From a virus (lineage: Duplodnaviria; Caudoviricetes): DNA of 60,162 nucleotides. The notes under the pieces were generated by a model, which was not told the DNA's origin, searched no databases, and worked only from the letters and a program-made list of their open reading frames with translations. The stretch spans positions 1-60,162 of the IMG/VR virus record IMGVR_UViG_3300042879_001019. The stretch is one strand, 5' to 3'. The translations under genes were made by a program, and so were the position numbers. This document shows positions 57,231-60,162 of the stretch, in pieces; position 1 is the first letter of the stretch, and every line of letters begins with the position of its first letter.

Positions 57231-57865
57231 GCGTTCCAGCAGGCACACGATTTATAGGAATTCTGCCAGGTGTAGACATGGTAGAAAGAAAGTCCACACA
57301 GGCTAACAGTCCGACTGAAGTTTATACAATTGAGGATATAACTCCACCTACAACAAATTTCGGTTTGTTCGCTCAAACGGCCAATAGCACAATAATAACT
57401 AATACTAATGTAGAGACATCGTTAATAAATGGTGGAGTAGGTAGTTTGTTTGTTCCAGCGAATGGTTTTCAGGTAGGTGATAGCTTTAGGGCTGTTATAG
57501 CTGGTGTTATTAATGTTGGTAACAATCAGACAATTAGAATAAAGGTTAAGGACGGTAACACTATATTAGCTGACAGTGGAGCTAAAACAATATCGAATAT
57601 CACTAATAATGTATTCTCTTTAAATATTGATTTTACAGTAAGAGCATTAGGAGCGGCAGGTGTAGCATCTATTGTAGCGTTGGGCACATTTCATTTCACT
57701 AAGACATCGAATGGTGCTACAGAGGGGTTTGCATTTAACCAAGTTAATAGCACGACATTCGATACAACTGTTGGCAATACTTTAAATGTAACTGTTCAGT
57801 GGGGAGCTGCATCTACATCTAATTCAATTTATTCAGATATCTTTGTATTAAATAAAACATATTAA
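57227..57865 (+). CDS. Virion fibre/appendage protein
   Basis: Beta-rich; N-terminus shared with the next gene. Confidence 0.55.
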   Translation: MSVPAGTRFIGILPGVDMVERKSTQANSPTEVYTIEDITPPTTNFGLFAQTANSTIITNTNVETSLINGGVGSLFVPANGFQVGDSFRAVIAGVINVGNNQTIRIKVKDGNTILADSGAKTISNITNNVFSLNIDFTVRALGAAGVASIVALGTFHFTKTSNGATEGFAFNQVNSTTFDTTVGNTLNVTVQWGAASTSNSIYSDIFVLNKTY

Positions 57866-57867
57866 AA

Positions 57868-59427
57868 ATGAGCATACCAGTAGGAACAAAATTTATAGGG
57901 ATATCTCCAAATGTAAATATGACAGAGAGGAAGTCAGCTCAGGCTAACAGTCCATCAGAGGTTTACACTATTGAGGATATTAAAGATGGAGGTGTTCCTG
58001 ATAGTAGAACGATTACTATTAATGGTACAACATCTGATTTAACAGCAAATAGAACTTACACAGTTACAGATGCAAATCTTTCAACAAGTGATATAACTAC
58101 AAATAATGTAAGTACATCGAAACATGGATTTGCACCTAAAGCACCGAATGATACGTCTCAATATTTAAGAGGTGATGGAAACTGGGCATCAATACCAACA
58201 ACAACAGGAGTATGGGGTATATCTAATACATCGGGTGTTTATACTTTCTATTCTACTCTTACTCTTGCTATGGCAGCAGCTACATCAGGACAGACTATTG
58301 AATTATTTGCTGATGTTATTGAAACAGGAGCTGTGACTATTACTTTAAAGAATGGAGTTAATTTTAATTTCAATGGTCACACATATACTTTAAATAATGC
58401 CAATACTGTTAATGCTTTACAAGATAATGGAGTAGCTGTTAATTGTACTATATTTAATGGAAGTATTTTGAGAACAGGAGGAGCAGGGTATGCTTTATCA
58501 GTGACAGGTGCATCATTAATTAGAGGAGATAAATTTAATCTTTTAGGTGCTACAGGAGGGCAGTATAATTGTCTTTCAATTAATAATGCAAATGCTGCTG
58601 TTTATAATATGTTTTGTCGAAATAGTGCTGGTTTTGGTACTATTATTCTTGCTGGCTCTTTATATGATTCAGTTTGTATTGGAGTAAATGGAGTTGGGTT
58701 ATATACTACTGGACTTGTAAGTAATTGTACTGCATCAGGATTTGGAGCTCAATCACTTCAAATTGCTGCAGGAGGTAGAGCAATAAAATGTATAGCTTAT
58801 AACGGTACAGTAGCCATTGAAAACTCTGGAATTGCAATAGATTGTGTTGCTTATAACACAATTGGAATAGCTATGAATATACAAGGTGGAAGCACCAGCT
58901 TAAATTGTTCAGCCTTTTCTACCGCATCTACAGGATTGAGTAGTAATGGAAATGGAACAATAGAAAATTGTAGAGGATTTTCAACAGCAGGTGTAGGAAT
59001 AGGTATGATTAATGGTAGGATTGATAGTTGTATAGCATATTCAGCCACAAGTAATGCAATTACAACTACTAATTCAGGAGGGATAACTTCTCAAATAGTA
59101 AACTCCCATGCTATATCAGTAGCTGCTGCAGCTATTTCAGCAGCAAATGCAAATGCTGGTTCTACTATACACAAAACAATGGTTGAATGTTATTGGCCAA
59201 ATGCAGGTGGTCATGCTGTTGTGACGTCAAGTGCAGGTGCTAACTTAGAAGTAATTCAATGTTTTTTAAGAACAAATAATACTTCTGCAAATGCAATTAA
59301 CTCAACTGTTGCAAAAACAGTTAACTATTCACAAAATGCATATAAAGGAATGACAACTCCAATAAATGCTAATATTACACAAGGAATAACTAATACAGAA
59401 GATAATCAAGGAAATATATTAATATAA
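57868..59427 (+). CDS. Fibre/spike protein with a parallel beta-helix domain
   Basis: Periodic N/C/G-rich coils (NCTA, NCSA, NCRG, SCIA). Confidence 0.6.
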   Translation: MSIPVGTKFIGISPNVNMTERKSAQANSPSEVYTIEDIKDGGVPDSRTITINGTTSDLTANRTYTVTDANLSTSDITTNNVSTSKHGFAPKAPNDTSQYLRGDGNWASIPTTTGVWGISNTSGVYTFYSTLTLAMAAATSGQTIELFADVIETGAVTITLKNGVNFNFNGHTYTLNNANTVNALQDNGVAVNCTIFNGSILRTGGAGYALSVTGASLIRGDKFNLLGATGGQYNCLSINNANAAVYNMFCRNSAGFGTIILAGSLYDSVCIGVNGVGLYTTGLVSNCTASGFGAQSLQIAAGGRAIKCIAYNGTVAIENSGIAIDCVAYNTIGIAMNIQGGSTSLNCSAFSTASTGLSSNGNGTIENCRGFSTAGVGIGMINGRIDSCIAYSATSNAITTTNSGGITSQIVNSHAISVAAAAISAANANAGSTIHKTMVECYWPNAGGHAVVTSSAGANLEVIQCFLRTNNTSANAINSTVAKTVNYSQNAYKGMTTPINANITQGITNTEDNQGNILI

Positions 59428-59433
59428 TAAGCT

Positions 59434-59610
59434 ATGGAAAATTTACAACAAATAGTATTACAAGAAACTACTGCTCCTTATGTAAGAGCATTAGCACAGT
59501 ATGGAACAGGATTTATGCCTGAGAATCAAGTTGAAGTTGTCTACTCTGAATTATCAGATGATGATAAAGCAATTTGGGATGCATTTGTAACAATGATAAA
59601 AAGTAAATAG
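59434..59610 (+). CDS. Small protein (58 aa), possible spike chaperone
   Basis: Complete ORF after the spike gene. Confidence 0.5.
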   Translation: MENLQQIVLQETTAPYVRALAQYGTGFMPENQVEVVYSELSDDDKAIWDAFVTMIKSK

Positions 59611-59638
59611 TCATGGCGGTAATAACAAGTATGTCTTA

Positions 59639-60088
59639 ATGCGCTATCTAATCCCACTACTATTTATAATTATTTCCTGCACACCTCAAAGAAGATTTGA
59701 TAGGCTAGTTAAAAAGTATCCATATCTTTTAACTAATGACAGCCTTGTTATCAGAGATACAATTAGAGATACCATTCGTATCACTATACCTGAAGTTGAA
59801 GTCGATACAATTGTAAGTATAAAAGAACTTTACGATACAGTTACTATAGAGAAAGACCGCATAAAAGTTAAGGTATGGCGAGTAAAAGACAAGGTGTATA
59901 TCAACGGTAAATGCGACACTATATACATCGAAAAGCCGATAGAACGGATAGTATACAGGAAGATACCTATAAAGTATTACGAGAAGACTCCTTGGTATAA
60001 GGTGTTGTTGCATAATGTTCTAGGAATTTTATTAATTTTGCTAGTAATATATATTACGTACAGAATTATAAAAAACTACTTACTTTGA
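59639..60088 (+). CDS. Lipoprotein with a C-terminal TM helix, candidate unimolecular spanin
   Basis: Lipobox IISC at residue 14; beta-rich DT repeats; C-terminal VLGILLILLVIYITY. Confidence 0.55.
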   Translation: MRYLIPLLFIIISCTPQRRFDRLVKKYPYLLTNDSLVIRDTIRDTIRITIPEVEVDTIVSIKELYDTVTIEKDRIKVKVWRVKDKVYINGKCDTIYIEKPIERIVYRKIPIKYYEKTPWYKVLLHNVLGILLILLVIYITYRIIKNYLL

Positions 60089-60162
60089 AAACGAAATTAC
60101 TTTTACTAGCAACATCAATTCTAGCAGTCTTGTCCCCAGTTAAACCAATGATATATGTTGCA
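60085..60162 (+). CDS. Probable holin, truncated by the window end
   Basis: TTG start overlapping the spanin stop; hydrophobic MKTKLLLLATSILAVLSPVKPMIYVA. Confidence 0.4.
   Translation, partial: MKTKLLLLATSILAVLSPVKPMIYVA

Noticed and set aside
1-60162. Prophage, integrase or diversity-generating retroelement
   Set aside because: No integrase, repressor pair, reverse transcriptase, TR/VR pair or flanking host genes recognised

Overview
The window is most of the genome of a lytic-looking podovirus-type tailed phage. Recurrent TAnnTTTG promoters and A-rich start regions without Shine-Dalgarno sequences point to a Bacteroidota host. The gene order resembles crAss-related and Cellulophaga phi38:1-like phages (inference, no database search run). 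The plus-strand block 1-27.4 kb holds TerL (5'-truncated), portal, scaffold, major capsid, tail ring and muzzle genes, ejection proteins and a 3024-aa virion protein. The minus-strand block 27.4-45 kb holds replication and accessory genes: metallophosphoesterase, VRR-NUC nuclease, SF2 helicase, VirE/PriCT/SF3 primase-helicase, DnaA-IV-like protein, SSB, exonuclease, C5 methyltransferase and HNH nuclease. No DNA or RNA polymerase was recognised. A minus-strand early operon of small ORFs spans 45.4-49.4 kb, followed by a divergent non-coding region. The last plus-strand block holds groEL-groES, basic proteins, fibres and lysis genes. The most notable non-coding signals are (1) two complete type I hammerhead ribozymes, each lying between a stop codon and the next start codon in the early operon, whose leader also has a boxA-like element and tRNA-like elements, (2) a ~330-nt ORF-free run of RNA hairpins at 36.4-36.8 kb, (3) operator-like inverted repeats with 17-18 nt spacers, (4) a P4-CI/C4-like antisense layout upstream of the HNH gene, and (5) a small basic ORF overprinted inside the giant virion gene.
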